This document shows, in pieces, positions 11,552 through 21,446 of a stretch of DNA of 64,000 nucleotides. Position 1 is the stretch's first letter. The number at the start of each line of letters is the position of its first letter. The position numbers and the translations under genes were made by a program. Under the pieces are notes generated by a model that was not told the DNA's origin, did no database searches, and worked only from the letters and a program-made list of their open reading frames with translations. Where the stretch lies: the NCBI GenBank assembly GCA_963707915.1, contig OY970178.1:1152001-1216000 (forward strand). The letters are read 5' to 3'. This DNA comes from Candidatus Eiseniibacteriota bacterium. Lineage in GTDB: Bacteria > Eisenbacteria > RBG-16-71-46.

Positions 11552-12396
11552 TCTTCGTCATCCTCCCGGCCCACGACGAGGAGCAGGCCATCGGCCCGGT
11601 GCTACGGGCACTGGCCGGGGTCGCGCGCGGACCGGGGCCCGGCTACCACGCGGTGCTGGTGGACGACGGCAGCACGGACCGCACCGTCGCCGCGGCGCAG
11701 GCCGCCGTGGCGGTCAGCGGCGGCCGCCTGCCGCTCACGGTCCTGCGTCACGGCACCAACCGGGGCCTGGGCGCCGGCCTGCGGACCGGCATCTACTGGT
11801 GCGTCGACCACGCGGAGGACGACGACGTCATCGTCACGCTGGACGCGGACAACACCCACCCGCCGGCGCTCATTCCGGCCCTGGCTGCCCGCCTCGACGA
11901 GGGCTACGACCTGGCCATCGCTTCGCGCTACCGGGCGGGCGCGGCGGTACGCGGCGTGCCCGCCCACCGGCGCGCGCTCTCGGACGCCGGGCGGATCCTG
12001 TTCCAGGTCCTCTTCCCCATCCCGGGGGTGCGCGACTACACCTGCTGCTTCCGCGCCTTCCGCGCGGGCGTGTTGCGACGGGCGCGCCTCGCCTGGGGCG
12101 ACGAGCTGTGCAGCGCCCGGGGGTTCGAAGCAGTGGCGGACCTGCTGCTCAAGCTGCGCCCGCTCGGGGTGCGCGTCGTCGAGCTGGGGTTCGAGCTGGA
12201 CTACGGCGAACGCGCCACCCAGAGCAAGATGCGGGTGCTGCGCACCACGCGCACGACCCTCGCCCTGCTCGCGCGGCGCTTCTTCGAGCGCTTCACCGTG
12301 GCCTCGCCCGCGCGGCTGCGTGCCCGCATCGCCGCCGCCGGGCCGGCGCCGTCGAAGGTCACGGCGGCGGGCGCACCCGGGACGGGGACGCCATGA
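11548..12396 (+). CDS. GT2 glycosyltransferase, polyprenol-phosphate sugar synthase-like
   Basis: Motifs ILPAHDE, VDDGSTD, NRGLG, DAD.TH, IASRY and RDYTCCFRAF; GTGA overlap. Confidence 0.9.
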   Translation: MIFVILPAHDEEQAIGPVLRALAGVARGPGPGYHAVLVDDGSTDRTVAAAQAAVAVSGGRLPLTVLRHGTNRGLGAGLRTGIYWCVDHAEDDDVIVTLDADNTHPPALIPALAARLDEGYDLAIASRYRAGAAVRGVPAHRRALSDAGRILFQVLFPIPGVRDYTCCFRAFRAGVLRRARLAWGDELCSARGFEAVADLLLKLRPLGVRVVELGFELDYGERATQSKMRVLRTTRTTLALLARRFFERFTVASPARLRARIAAAGPAPSKVTAAGAPGTGTP

Positions 12397-13487
12397 AGAT
12401 CGCGGTGGTGGTGGGCACGCGCCCCGAGATCATCAAGATGGCGCCGGTGGTGCGCGCCTGCCGGGCCCGCGGCGCACCCTGCCTGCTGCTCCACACCGGG
12501 CAGCACTACTCGTTCGAGCTGGACGGCGTGTTCTTCGCCGAGCTGGACCTGCCTGGGCCCGACGTGAACCTCGAGGTCGGCTCCGGCTCCCGCACGCACC
12601 AGGTCGCCACCGCGATGGTGGGCCTGGAGAAGGTGCTGCGGGAGTGCCGGCCGGACGTCGTGCTGGTGGAGGGCGACACCAACTCCGTGCTGGCCGCGGC
12701 CCTGGCGGCCAACCAGGCCGGGATCGCCGTGGGCCATGTCGAGGCGGGGTTGCGCTCCTACGATCGCGGCATGCCCGAGGAGATCAACCGCATCCTCACC
12801 GACCACGTCGCCGACCAGCTGTTCGCCCCCACCGCCGGCGCGCGGACCATCCTGCTCGGCGAGGGCATCCCGGACGCGCGCATCCACGTCACCGGCAACA
12901 CGGTCGTGGACGAGCTGCAGCTGCAGCTCGGGCGCGCCCGCCGGCCCGGGCTGCTGGAGCGTTTCGGCGTCGCGGCGGGCCGCTACGCCCTCGCCACGGT
13001 CCACCGGGCCGAGAACGTGGACCGGGCGGACCGCCTGCGCGGCATCCTGACCGGGGTCGCCGCCGCCGGCGAGGCGCTCGGCCTGGTCGTGCTGGCGGCG
13101 CTCCACCCGCGCACGCAGGCCCGCATCGCGGCGGCCGACCCGGCCCTGACCGCACGGCTCCGCGTGCTGCCGCCGCTGGGCTACCTCGACTTCCTCGGGC
13201 TCCACGCCGACGCGGCGCTCGTGCTCACCGATTCCGGCGGGCTGCAGGAGGAGGCGTGCTGCCTGCGCGTGCCCTGCGTGACGTTGCGCGACAACACCGA
13301 GCGCCCGGAGTCCGTCGAGGTGGGCGCCAGCGTGCTGGCGGGAGCCGATCCCGGGCGCATCGTCGCCTGCGCGCGGGCCATCCACCAGGTGCCGCGCGAC
13401 TGGCCGAACCCGTTCGGCGACGGCCGCAGCGGCGAGCGCATCGTGGACCTGCTGCTCGACCGGGCAGCCGGCCGGCCTACCGCGTAG
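12393..13487 (+). CDS. wecB: UDP-N-acetylglucosamine 2-epimerase (non-hydrolysing)
   Basis: Motifs GTRPEIIK, HTGQH, GDT, HVEAGLRS, PEEINR, TDSGGLQEEA and ERPE. Confidence 0.95.
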   Translation: MKIAVVVGTRPEIIKMAPVVRACRARGAPCLLLHTGQHYSFELDGVFFAELDLPGPDVNLEVGSGSRTHQVATAMVGLEKVLRECRPDVVLVEGDTNSVLAAALAANQAGIAVGHVEAGLRSYDRGMPEEINRILTDHVADQLFAPTAGARTILLGEGIPDARIHVTGNTVVDELQLQLGRARRPGLLERFGVAAGRYALATVHRAENVDRADRLRGILTGVAAAGEALGLVVLAALHPRTQARIAAADPALTARLRVLPPLGYLDFLGLHADAALVLTDSGGLQEEACCLRVPCVTLRDNTERPESVEVGASVLAGADPGRIVACARAIHQVPRDWPNPFGDGRSGERIVDLLLDRAAGRPTA

Positions 13488-15273
13488 CGAGCGGAGGCGC
13501 GTAGAGGGTCGAGCGCAGCCGCGGGCGACCGGCGGCGTCCGGCCAGTAGTCGATGACGCGCACCACCTGCATCCCGGTCGTCGCGAAGCCTTCGTCGGGG
13601 CTGAGCGGCCTGCCGTCCCGGGTGGTCACGATCGCCAGCCCCGGTCGGAAGCGCGCCAGGCCGTCCAGGTTCATCCGCATGCCGACCGCCGGCCAGTCGC
13701 GGATGATGAAGGAGAACAGGCCGTTCTCAAGCGACATGGTGTCCGCCGTGATCCCGACCATCGCGCGCCGGTCGCCCGGCAGGCCCTGCGCGAGCCGGCC
13801 AATCTCGCGGCTCGCGTCCCGGATGCTGAACCGCAGGCCGCTCCAGTACGCCGCATCGCGCGCGACGTCCCCGGCCAGTACCACCGCCAGCAGCAGCCAG
13901 GCCGGTACCGCGATCCGGCGAACCGCCCTCCAGCGGGCCCAGGCCAGCAGGGCCAGGCCGGCGAGCAGGTACGCCGCGAGCCAGACCGGCGCAAGCAGCC
14001 CCAGCGGCGACAACCCGGGCTCGGCGCCGATCCGGATCCCGGCGCTCGCCCCGGCGAGCCAGGGCACCGCCCAGGTCCGCAGGTAGAGGCCGGCGACGAA
14101 GCCCGCGACCGCCCACGCGGCCAGCCAGTGCCGGGCGCGAGGCCGCCCGGGCTGGACCGAGGGCGCCGCGCCGTCCCCGCCCGCGGCCAGCCCCAGCAGG
14201 ATCGCGAGCGGCGGGACCAGCAGCAGGTAGCGGCGGTCGGGCTGGTAGACCTGCACCGCGAAGAAGGCGAGCGTCAGGACGATCCACCACCAGCAACAGC
14301 GCTCGAGCTCGCCGGCCGGCCGCCGCGCGAGCCCCAGCAGCCGCGCGAGCGCGAGCAGCGCCACCGCGAGGACCAGCGCCGCCTCCTGGGTGTAGAGCCC
14401 GACGATCACCTTGGGTCCGTCCTGCTGGTCGCGGAACCCCTGCCAGAGGAGCGGGCGGAGCCAGGTCGCGACCGAGGTGCCCGGGTGGACCGCCTGCAGC
14501 GTGTTGCTGCGGAACTCCGACGCCACCGCCGACCAGTGCGGGCCCACGAAGGACACCGCGAGGACCGCGGCCCCGAGCAACCCGGTCCCGGCGAAGACCA
14601 GCGCGGCGCGCCGGCAGGCGGCGCGCTCGGCCGGCCGCGTCCGCGACCGGGCCAGCAGCATCGCGTAGAGCGCCGCGACCACCAGGACGGCCGGTGCGGC
14701 CGACGGCTTGGTCAGCATGGCCAGCAGGAGACCGGCCGCGCTCACCGCGCCCCAGGCCGGGGCCGCGCGCGAGCGCAGCGCCGCGAGGATGGCGACGACG
14801 ACGAAGGCGAGCTGCAGGGACTCGGTCAGCGCCACCCGGTTGTGGCTCAGCATGAAGTAGCCCGCGCCCAGCACCAGCGCGGAGAAGAAGGCCGCGCGGG
14901 GCGTGGCCTCGCGGCGCACGAAGCCGTACACCGCGAAGCAGGTCGCCACGCCGGCCAGCGCGCTCAGCACGCGCGTCTGCCACAGCCCCACCCCGAACGC
15001 CTGGTAGACCAGCCACAGCAGGTACGAATAGACCGGCGTGCTCCACAGCGGCGGGTTGTGGTCGTCCATGATCCAGTGCCCGAACAGCACCCGCTGGCGG
15101 GCGTTGTGCGCCCACCAGCCCTCGTCCGTGATGAAGTGGATGTGGAGGTCGCCGGGAGGATCGGCGTCGAGGAAGAGCACGCGCGGCAGGACGACGACCA
15201 GCGCGAGGACCGCGAGCCGCGCGATCTCGCCCCAGGGGATCCGCCGGCGACCGATCCACGCGGGGTCCCGCAT
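13477..15273 (-). CDS. GT-C membrane glycosyltransferase (ArnT/PMT, GT39/83-like)
   Basis: DEGWW in the first loop after TM1, a PP motif, many TM helices, and LTKP. Confidence 0.8.
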   Translation of the reverse strand: MRDPAWIGRRRIPWGEIARLAVLALVVVLPRVLFLDADPPGDLHIHFITDEGWWAHNARQRVLFGHWIMDDHNPPLWSTPVYSYLLWLVYQAFGVGLWQTRVLSALAGVATCFAVYGFVRREATPRAAFFSALVLGAGYFMLSHNRVALTESLQLAFVVVAILAALRSRAAPAWGAVSAAGLLLAMLTKPSAAPAVLVVAALYAMLLARSRTRPAERAACRRAALVFAGTGLLGAAVLAVSFVGPHWSAVASEFRSNTLQAVHPGTSVATWLRPLLWQGFRDQQDGPKVIVGLYTQEAALVLAVALLALARLLGLARRPAGELERCCWWWIVLTLAFFAVQVYQPDRRYLLLVPPLAILLGLAAGGDGAAPSVQPGRPRARHWLAAWAVAGFVAGLYLRTWAVPWLAGASAGIRIGAEPGLSPLGLLAPVWLAAYLLAGLALLAWARWRAVRRIAVPAWLLLAVVLAGDVARDAAYWSGLRFSIRDASREIGRLAQGLPGDRRAMVGITADTMSLENGLFSFIIRDWPAVGMRMNLDGLARFRPGLAIVTTRDGRPLSPDEGFATTGMQVVRVIDYWPDAAGRPRLRSTLYAPPLATR

Positions 15274-15298
15274 CGTCGCCCGCCGCCGACCGGCCGGG

Positions 15299-17959
15299 CT
15301 AGCCCTGTACCGCGCGCAGGGACTCCTGCGCACGCTTGAGCTTGTCCAGCGTCTCTTCGAGCTGCGCGAGGCGCTGGCGCTCGCGCTCGACCACCTCGGG
15401 CTTGGCCTTGGCGAGGAACTCCGCGTTGTCGAGCTTCCGGCGCGTGCCCTCGAGGTCGTGGAGCAGCCGGCCGGCCTCGCGCACCAGGCGGTCGCGCTCG
15501 GTATCGAGGTCGATGAGGCCCTCGAGCGGCAGGAAGACCTCGGCGCCCTGCACCACGGCGGACGCAGCCACCCGCGGACGCGAGCCGTCGCGGGCGAGCG
15601 TGAGGCTCTCGATCCTGGCCAGCGGCCGGATCTGCTCTTCGAGCTTCCCGACCAGGTCCAGCTGCGCTTCGTCGCCGCGCACCACCACCGCGACCGGCCG
15701 GCCCGGGGCGACCTTGTTCTCGGCGCGCAGGTTGCGCACCGCCACCACGAGCTCCTGCAGGAAGACGACCTGCCGCTCGGCCTCGGCGTCGAACCAGGCC
15801 TTCTTCGCGCGCGGCCACGCCGCCAGCGCGAGGGTCTCGCCATCGTGCGGCAGCGCCTGCCAGATCTCCTCGGTGACGAACGGCATGAACGGGTGCAGCA
15901 GGCGCAGGATGCCGTCCAGCACCTTCCACGACACCCAGCGCGCCGTGCGGCGGTCCGCCGGGTCGGCGTCCTCGGCCCAGCGCGGCTTGGTCATCTCGAG
16001 GTACCAGTCGCAGTACTCGGCCCAGGCGAACTGGTAGAGCGCGCTCGCCGCCTCGTTGAAGCGGTAGGTCTTCAGGTTGCGCGTCACGTTCTTCACCGCG
16101 TTGGCGTAGCGCGACAGGATCCAGCGGTCGGCGAGCGTGAGCCGCAACGACGATTCGCGCACCTTCGAGAGGTCCTCGTCCCCGAGGCGCATCTGCACCA
16201 GGCGGGCGGCGTTCCAGACCTTGTTGGCGAAGAACTTCCCGGTCTCGACGCGCTTCTCGTCGAATACCAGGTCCTGGCCGGTGGGCGTCAGGTAGATGAG
16301 GGTGAAGCGCACGGCGTCCGCGCCGTAGTCGTCCATGATCCGGATCGGGTCGGGCGAGTTGCCCAGCGTCTTCGACATCTTCCGGCCCTGCGCGTCCCGC
16401 ACGATGCTGGTGAAGTAGACGTGCTGGAACGGGACCTCGCCGCGGAACTCGAGCCCGGCCATGACCATGCGGGCGACCCAGAAGAAGATGATGTCGGCCC
16501 CGGTGACCATCAGGGAGTTCGGGTGGAAGCGCTCCCCGTCCGCGGTCTCCTCGGGCCAGCCGAGGATGGCGAAGGGCCACAGCCAGGACGAGAACCAGGT
16601 GTCGAGCACGTCCTCGTCCTGGGTCCAGCCCTCCCCGGCGGGCGGGTCGACCGACACCACCATCTCGTCGCCGCGGTACCAGACGGGGATGCGGTGCCCC
16701 CACCACAGCTGCCGCGAGATGCACCAGTCGCGGATGTTCTCGAGCCAGTGGAGGTAGACCTTCTTGTAGCGCGACGGGTAGAACTTGACCTGCCCCTTCC
16801 TCGCCGCGTCGATGGCGGGCGCGGCGAGCGGCGCCATCTTCACGAACCACTGCCACGACAGGTAGGGCTCGATCACGGTGTGACAGCGCGAGCAGTGCCC
16901 GACCGGCACGGTGTAGGGCTCGGTCTTCTCGAGGTAGCCGGAATCGGTCAGCGCGGCGACCACGCGCTTGCGGGCCTCGAAGCGGTCGAGGCCGCGGAAG
17001 TCGCCGGCGCTGTCGTTCATCACCCCGTGCTCGTCCATGACGACCAACTCAGGCAGGCCGTGGCGCTTCGCGGTCTGGAAGTCGTTCGGGTCGTGCGCGG
17101 GAGTGACCTTGACCGCGCCCGTGCCGAACTTGGGGTCCACCATGTCATCGGCGACGATGGGGATCTCGCGCCGCATGAGCGGCAGCACCGCCGTCTTGCC
17201 CACCAGCTTCGCGTAGCGCCGGTCCTTCGGGTTCACCGCCACCGCGGTGTCGCCCAGCATGGTCTCGGGCCGCGTGGTGGCGACCGTCACCGACTGCTTC
17301 GAGTCCTTGACCGGGTACTTGAGGTACCAGAGGTGGCCCGCCGTTTCGACGTGGTCCACCTCCTCGTCGCTGAGCGCGGTGAGGCAGCGCGGGCACCAGT
17401 TGACGATGTAGTGCCCGCGGTAGACCAGGCCCTTGTCGTGGAGCGACTTGAAGGCGTGCAGCACCGCGCGGGAGTAGCCCTCGTCGAGCGTGAAACGCTC
17501 GCGGGTCCAGTCGGCCGAGATGCCGAAGCGGCGCAACTGCTTCAGGATCAGGCCGCCGTACTGCTCCTTCCAGGCCCAGACCTCGCGCAGGAAGGCCTCG
17601 CGCCCCAGGTCGTGGCGGCTGCGGCCGTCCTCGCGCAGCTTCTTCTCCACCACGTTCTGCGTGGCGATGCCGGCGTGGTCCATGCCCGGCACGTAGAGCG
17701 TCTCCCGGCCTTCCATGCGCTGCCAGCGCAGCACCACGTCGCGCACCGACTCGCCCAGCAGGTGGCCCATGGTGAGCGAGCCGGTGACGTTGGGCGGCGG
17801 GATCGAGATGACGAACGGCTTCCCGGCCTGCCGTTCGCCGGCGCGGGCCGACGCGCCCGGCTGGAACACGCCCCGTTCCACCCAGAAGCCGTACCAGCGC
17901 TGCTCGATGCGTCCGGGGTCGTAGGGCTGCTGCAGGGGCTGGGGATCGCCGCGTTCCAA
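15299..17959 (-). CDS. valS: Valine--tRNA ligase
   Basis: Motifs PPPNVTG, DHAGIATQ, TTRPET, VTPAHD, WCISRQLWWGH, KMSKT and a C-terminal coiled coil; TTG start with GAGG RBS. Confidence 0.98.
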   Translation of the reverse strand: MERGDPQPLQQPYDPGRIEQRWYGFWVERGVFQPGASARAGERQAGKPFVISIPPPNVTGSLTMGHLLGESVRDVVLRWQRMEGRETLYVPGMDHAGIATQNVVEKKLREDGRSRHDLGREAFLREVWAWKEQYGGLILKQLRRFGISADWTRERFTLDEGYSRAVLHAFKSLHDKGLVYRGHYIVNWCPRCLTALSDEEVDHVETAGHLWYLKYPVKDSKQSVTVATTRPETMLGDTAVAVNPKDRRYAKLVGKTAVLPLMRREIPIVADDMVDPKFGTGAVKVTPAHDPNDFQTAKRHGLPELVVMDEHGVMNDSAGDFRGLDRFEARKRVVAALTDSGYLEKTEPYTVPVGHCSRCHTVIEPYLSWQWFVKMAPLAAPAIDAARKGQVKFYPSRYKKVYLHWLENIRDWCISRQLWWGHRIPVWYRGDEMVVSVDPPAGEGWTQDEDVLDTWFSSWLWPFAILGWPEETADGERFHPNSLMVTGADIIFFWVARMVMAGLEFRGEVPFQHVYFTSIVRDAQGRKMSKTLGNSPDPIRIMDDYGADAVRFTLIYLTPTGQDLVFDEKRVETGKFFANKVWNAARLVQMRLGDEDLSKVRESSLRLTLADRWILSRYANAVKNVTRNLKTYRFNEAASALYQFAWAEYCDWYLEMTKPRWAEDADPADRRTARWVSWKVLDGILRLLHPFMPFVTEEIWQALPHDGETLALAAWPRAKKAWFDAEAERQVVFLQELVVAVRNLRAENKVAPGRPVAVVVRGDEAQLDLVGKLEEQIRPLARIESLTLARDGSRPRVAASAVVQGAEVFLPLEGLIDLDTERDRLVREAGRLLHDLEGTRRKLDNAEFLAKAKPEVVERERQRLAQLEETLDKLKRAQESLRAVQG

Positions 17960-18167
17960 GTGCGCGCCTCGTCGGTCAGGGAAAGTGCGGGTCGAGAGCT
18001 GCCCCGCCGCCATGGAGAGTCGGGGCACCGAGGCTAGCACACGACTCGAAAGGGCCTCAAACCTGCGGATGCGCCACCGGTCCGGCGGTGCCCGGGCGGA
18101 CCGTTGCCGATCGCGAGCGGACTCCCGGGCTGGCCGCACCCGGGCCCGCCTGCTAGCATCGCCGATC

Positions 18168-19775
18168 ATGCTCTGCTCCGAGGGTCTCCTTCGCCCGAAC
18201 CGACGCCGGCCGCATCCGTTGCGCGCCGTACCGGCCGCGCTCCTGCTGCTGGTCCTGGGCGCGCCTGCACCGCTGCTCGGCTCGCCGCTGGAATCCATCC
18301 CGGTCGGGGACCCGGTCGAGTCGGAGCTGCGCCTGCTCGACCTCCTCGGTCCCGCCGGGCCCGACGAACGGATCCTGCGCCCGCACCTCGGCCTGCGTCC
18401 GTTGCAGCGCTTCGAGCTGCAGGGCCGCGCCGCGCCGCCGGAAGCCTCCGACGCGGCCCGCGCCATCTCCTTCGCGCGGCTTGAGCGCGCCCTCGGACGC
18501 GACGCCGCGCCCTGGTTCGCGCCCCACCCGCGCTGGCGCTCGACGCCGCGCATCTTCGAGGCGACCGGGCCCGACCAGCAGCGCCTCGAGCTCTCCGTGG
18601 CGGCCGCGGGCAGCGCCCTGGCCGATACGGGCGGGCTGCAGGCGGTCTCGGGCTCGGGTCTGCACGCGCGGCTGGGCGCGCAGGTGGACCGCTGGCTCCT
18701 CTACACCGACCTGCTGGCCGGGCGCGTGGACCGGGCGCGCTCCTTCGCGGACCCCATCGTCGCGGGGACCGACCTCGTGGTCCACACCGACGACACCTAC
18801 CTGGCCTACACCGCCGGCGAAGGCCACTGGAGCGCCCGCTTCGGTCGCAGCCGCTGGCACTGGGGCCCGGGCGAGGAGGCCTCGCTGCTGCTCTCGAAGA
18901 CCTCGGCTCCCATCACCGGTCTCTCCTACGAGGTCCACCTGACCGCGTTCCACCTGGACTTCTCCGCGCTCTCGGCCACGCTGCAGCAGGCGGCCGGCGA
19001 GCAGCTCGCCGCCCATCGCGTCGAGTGGCAGCCGCGCGACGCGCTGCGGCTCGGGCTCACCGAGACCGCGCGCTACCACGGGTCCGGCTGGCAGCCGCTC
19101 TACGCCCTCGGCGCGATCCCCTACGTCCTGGTCCAGCGCCTGCAGGTGCAGGACGAGCCCGACTCGTCCGGCCGGCTGCGCAACAACATCCTGCTGGGAG
19201 TGGACGCGGCCTGGCGCGTCGCCGCCGGCACCCGCGTCTACGGCGAGTTCCTGCTCGACGATCTCTCGGCACGCACCTCGGAGAACCCCGACAAGTACGG
19301 CTGGCAGCTCGGCTGGGAGGGCGTGGGCATGATCGGCACCAGCCGCCTGGGCTGGGGCGGCGAGGTCACGCGGTTGTCGCGCTACGTCTACACGTCGTTC
19401 TTCGGACGGTCCTACGAGGCCCAGGGTGGGCCGCTCGGGTTCCCGATGGGGCCGGACTCGCGGCGCATCGCGCTGCGCGGCACCGTCGACCTGGGAGCGG
19501 ACTGGCAGCTGGTCGCGCGCGCCTCGCGCAGCGACCAGGGCGAGAACGGGCTCGACCAGCCCTTCCTGCCCGGTTCGCCGCGCGTCGCGACCGGGACATT
19601 CGAGGGCGTGGTCGAGCAGACCCGCGACCTCGAGGCGGGGCTGCGCTGGTGGCCCGCGAGCGGCGCGGACCTGCGCGCGCTCGCGGGCTACCGCTGGGTC
19701 GACAACGAGGCCCACGTGACGGGCCGCCACAGCGGGCACCCGCGCCTCCTGCTCGAGGCGCGGCTCTCCCGCTGA
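18168..19775 (+). CDS. Capsule assembly Wzi-like outer-membrane beta-barrel protein
   Basis: Signal peptide; motifs FGRSRWHWGPG, LLLS, LAAHRVEW, NNILLG.D, YGEFLLDD and PLGF.MGPDS. Confidence 0.75.
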   Translation: MLCSEGLLRPNRRRPHPLRAVPAALLLLVLGAPAPLLGSPLESIPVGDPVESELRLLDLLGPAGPDERILRPHLGLRPLQRFELQGRAAPPEASDAARAISFARLERALGRDAAPWFAPHPRWRSTPRIFEATGPDQQRLELSVAAAGSALADTGGLQAVSGSGLHARLGAQVDRWLLYTDLLAGRVDRARSFADPIVAGTDLVVHTDDTYLAYTAGEGHWSARFGRSRWHWGPGEEASLLLSKTSAPITGLSYEVHLTAFHLDFSALSATLQQAAGEQLAAHRVEWQPRDALRLGLTETARYHGSGWQPLYALGAIPYVLVQRLQVQDEPDSSGRLRNNILLGVDAAWRVAAGTRVYGEFLLDDLSARTSENPDKYGWQLGWEGVGMIGTSRLGWGGEVTRLSRYVYTSFFGRSYEAQGGPLGFPMGPDSRRIALRGTVDLGADWQLVARASRSDQGENGLDQPFLPGSPRVATGTFEGVVEQTRDLEAGLRWWPASGADLRALAGYRWVDNEAHVTGRHSGHPRLLLEARLSR

Positions 19776-19792
19776 GCGGGGAAGGACGGACG

Positions 19793-21436
19793 GTGCCCCC
19801 GAGCGCGACGCCACCCGCGGAGCCGGATTCCCCGCCCCCGCCGCCGCCGGCCGCCTCCACCGGGCATCGCGGCCTGTGGCTGCTGCTGACGCTGGGCGCG
19901 GCACTGCGCCTCGGCCTCGTCTGGACCGGCGCGTGCGACAACCGGGTGGTCGCGGACGACGCCTTCTACTACTTCACCATCGCGCGCAACCTCGCCGCGG
20001 GCCACGGCGCCACCTTCGACGGCCTCGCCCCGACCAACGGCTTCCACCCGCTCTGGCTGTTGCTGCTCACCCCGGTGTTCGCCCTCGCCGGCGCGCTGCG
20101 GGCGGCCTCCTGGACGGCCGTGCACCTGGCCCTCAGCCTGTGCGCCCTGCTGGACCTCGCCAGCGGCGTGCTGCTCTGGCGGTTGCTGCGCCGCCTCGGC
20201 TCGCCGCGCGGCGCCCACTGGGGCGCGGCGGTGTGGCTCCTCTCGCCGGTCACCGTGATGCTCTCCCTGCGCGGGCTGGAGAGCGCGCTCACCGTGACGC
20301 TGTTCGCGGCGTGGCTGTGGGTGGTCGTCCGGGCCTGCGAGGACGGCGCGCCCGACGCGCGCCGCGGCGTGCTCGTCGGCATCGTCACCGGGCTGGCGTT
20401 CCTCGCCCGCACCGACAACGGGCCGCTGCTCGGCCTTGCCCTCGCGCTGATCACGGTGGGTTCCTGGTTCGCCACCCGCGGCCCGTGGCGGTCATCGCTC
20501 GGCTTCTTCGCGGTGGCCGGCGTGACGGCGGTCGCGGTCGCCCTGCCGTGGTTCGCTTGGAACGTCGCCACCTTCGGCACGCCATGGCAGGTGAGCGGCG
20601 CGGCGAAGCTCGCGAACCCGCAGATCTTCGGTCACGTGCCGGCGGCGCTGGGACACCGCCTGCGCTACCTCGCCGCCTTCGTCTGGGTGCCGGCCTACTT
20701 CGCCGCCGGCGAGAGCATGCGGCACCGCGCGGCGTTCACCGTCCTCGCCTGGGCCCAGTGGCTGACCCTCGCCGCGCTCCTGCCCTTCCTCGTCCTCGCC
20801 CTGCGGCGGACCCGCGCCGCGGTCCTGCGCCCGCTGGCGCTCGGCCTCCTCGCCTACCTCGCGGCGCACGCCGTGGTCTACGCGCTGGTCCTGCGCACGT
20901 ACGTCGTCTGGTACGCGACCGTGCCCACGTTCATCCTCGTGTTCCTCGCCGGCGGCGTGGCGGGCGGCGAGTTGCTCGGGCGCCTGCGGCCCGCGTGGCG
21001 CAGGGCGCTGGCGGTCGCGGCCGCGGCGGCGGGGATCGCGGTCTTCGCGCAGTACTTCGGCGCCACGAAGTTCCTGCCGCGCGGCGAGGAGTTCGTGGTG
21101 CGGCCCATCCTGACGAAGATCGCGACCCAGGCCCCGGGCACCCGCACGGTCGGGGTCTTCAATGCCGGCGCGGCCGGCTACTTCGCCCCCGAGATCGGCC
21201 CGTTCACCGTGGTGAACCTCGACGGGCTGGTGAACAACCCGTCGGTGGCGGCCTGGCAGGCGGGGCGCTACCTCGAGTACCTCGACCGCAACGTGGACGT
21301 GGTCATCAACGACGCCGACGGCACGCTGAACTTCCTGCTCGGCCCGGGGGGCCGCGCGCGCTTCGACGCGCGCTACCCGCTCTGGTCGCCGGCCTCGCTG
21401 GTCCGCGGGCCGCGGCTCGCCGCGCCGGTGCGCTGA
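19793..21436 (+). CDS. GT-C-fold membrane glycosyltransferase-like protein
   Basis: DDAFYYFTIARNLAAGHG...TNGFHPLW, GLE, LARTD, and a C-terminal AGAAGYF..VVNLDGLVN. Confidence 0.75.
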   Translation: MPPSATPPAEPDSPPPPPPAASTGHRGLWLLLTLGAALRLGLVWTGACDNRVVADDAFYYFTIARNLAAGHGATFDGLAPTNGFHPLWLLLLTPVFALAGALRAASWTAVHLALSLCALLDLASGVLLWRLLRRLGSPRGAHWGAAVWLLSPVTVMLSLRGLESALTVTLFAAWLWVVVRACEDGAPDARRGVLVGIVTGLAFLARTDNGPLLGLALALITVGSWFATRGPWRSSLGFFAVAGVTAVAVALPWFAWNVATFGTPWQVSGAAKLANPQIFGHVPAALGHRLRYLAAFVWVPAYFAAGESMRHRAAFTVLAWAQWLTLAALLPFLVLALRRTRAAVLRPLALGLLAYLAAHAVVYALVLRTYVVWYATVPTFILVFLAGGVAGGELLGRLRPAWRRALAVAAAAAGIAVFAQYFGATKFLPRGEEFVVRPILTKIATQAPGTRTVGVFNAGAAGYFAPEIGPFTVVNLDGLVNNPSVAAWQAGRYLEYLDRNVDVVINDADGTLNFLLGPGGRARFDARYPLWSPASLVRGPRLAAPVR

Positions 21437-21446
21437 GCGCGGCCGG

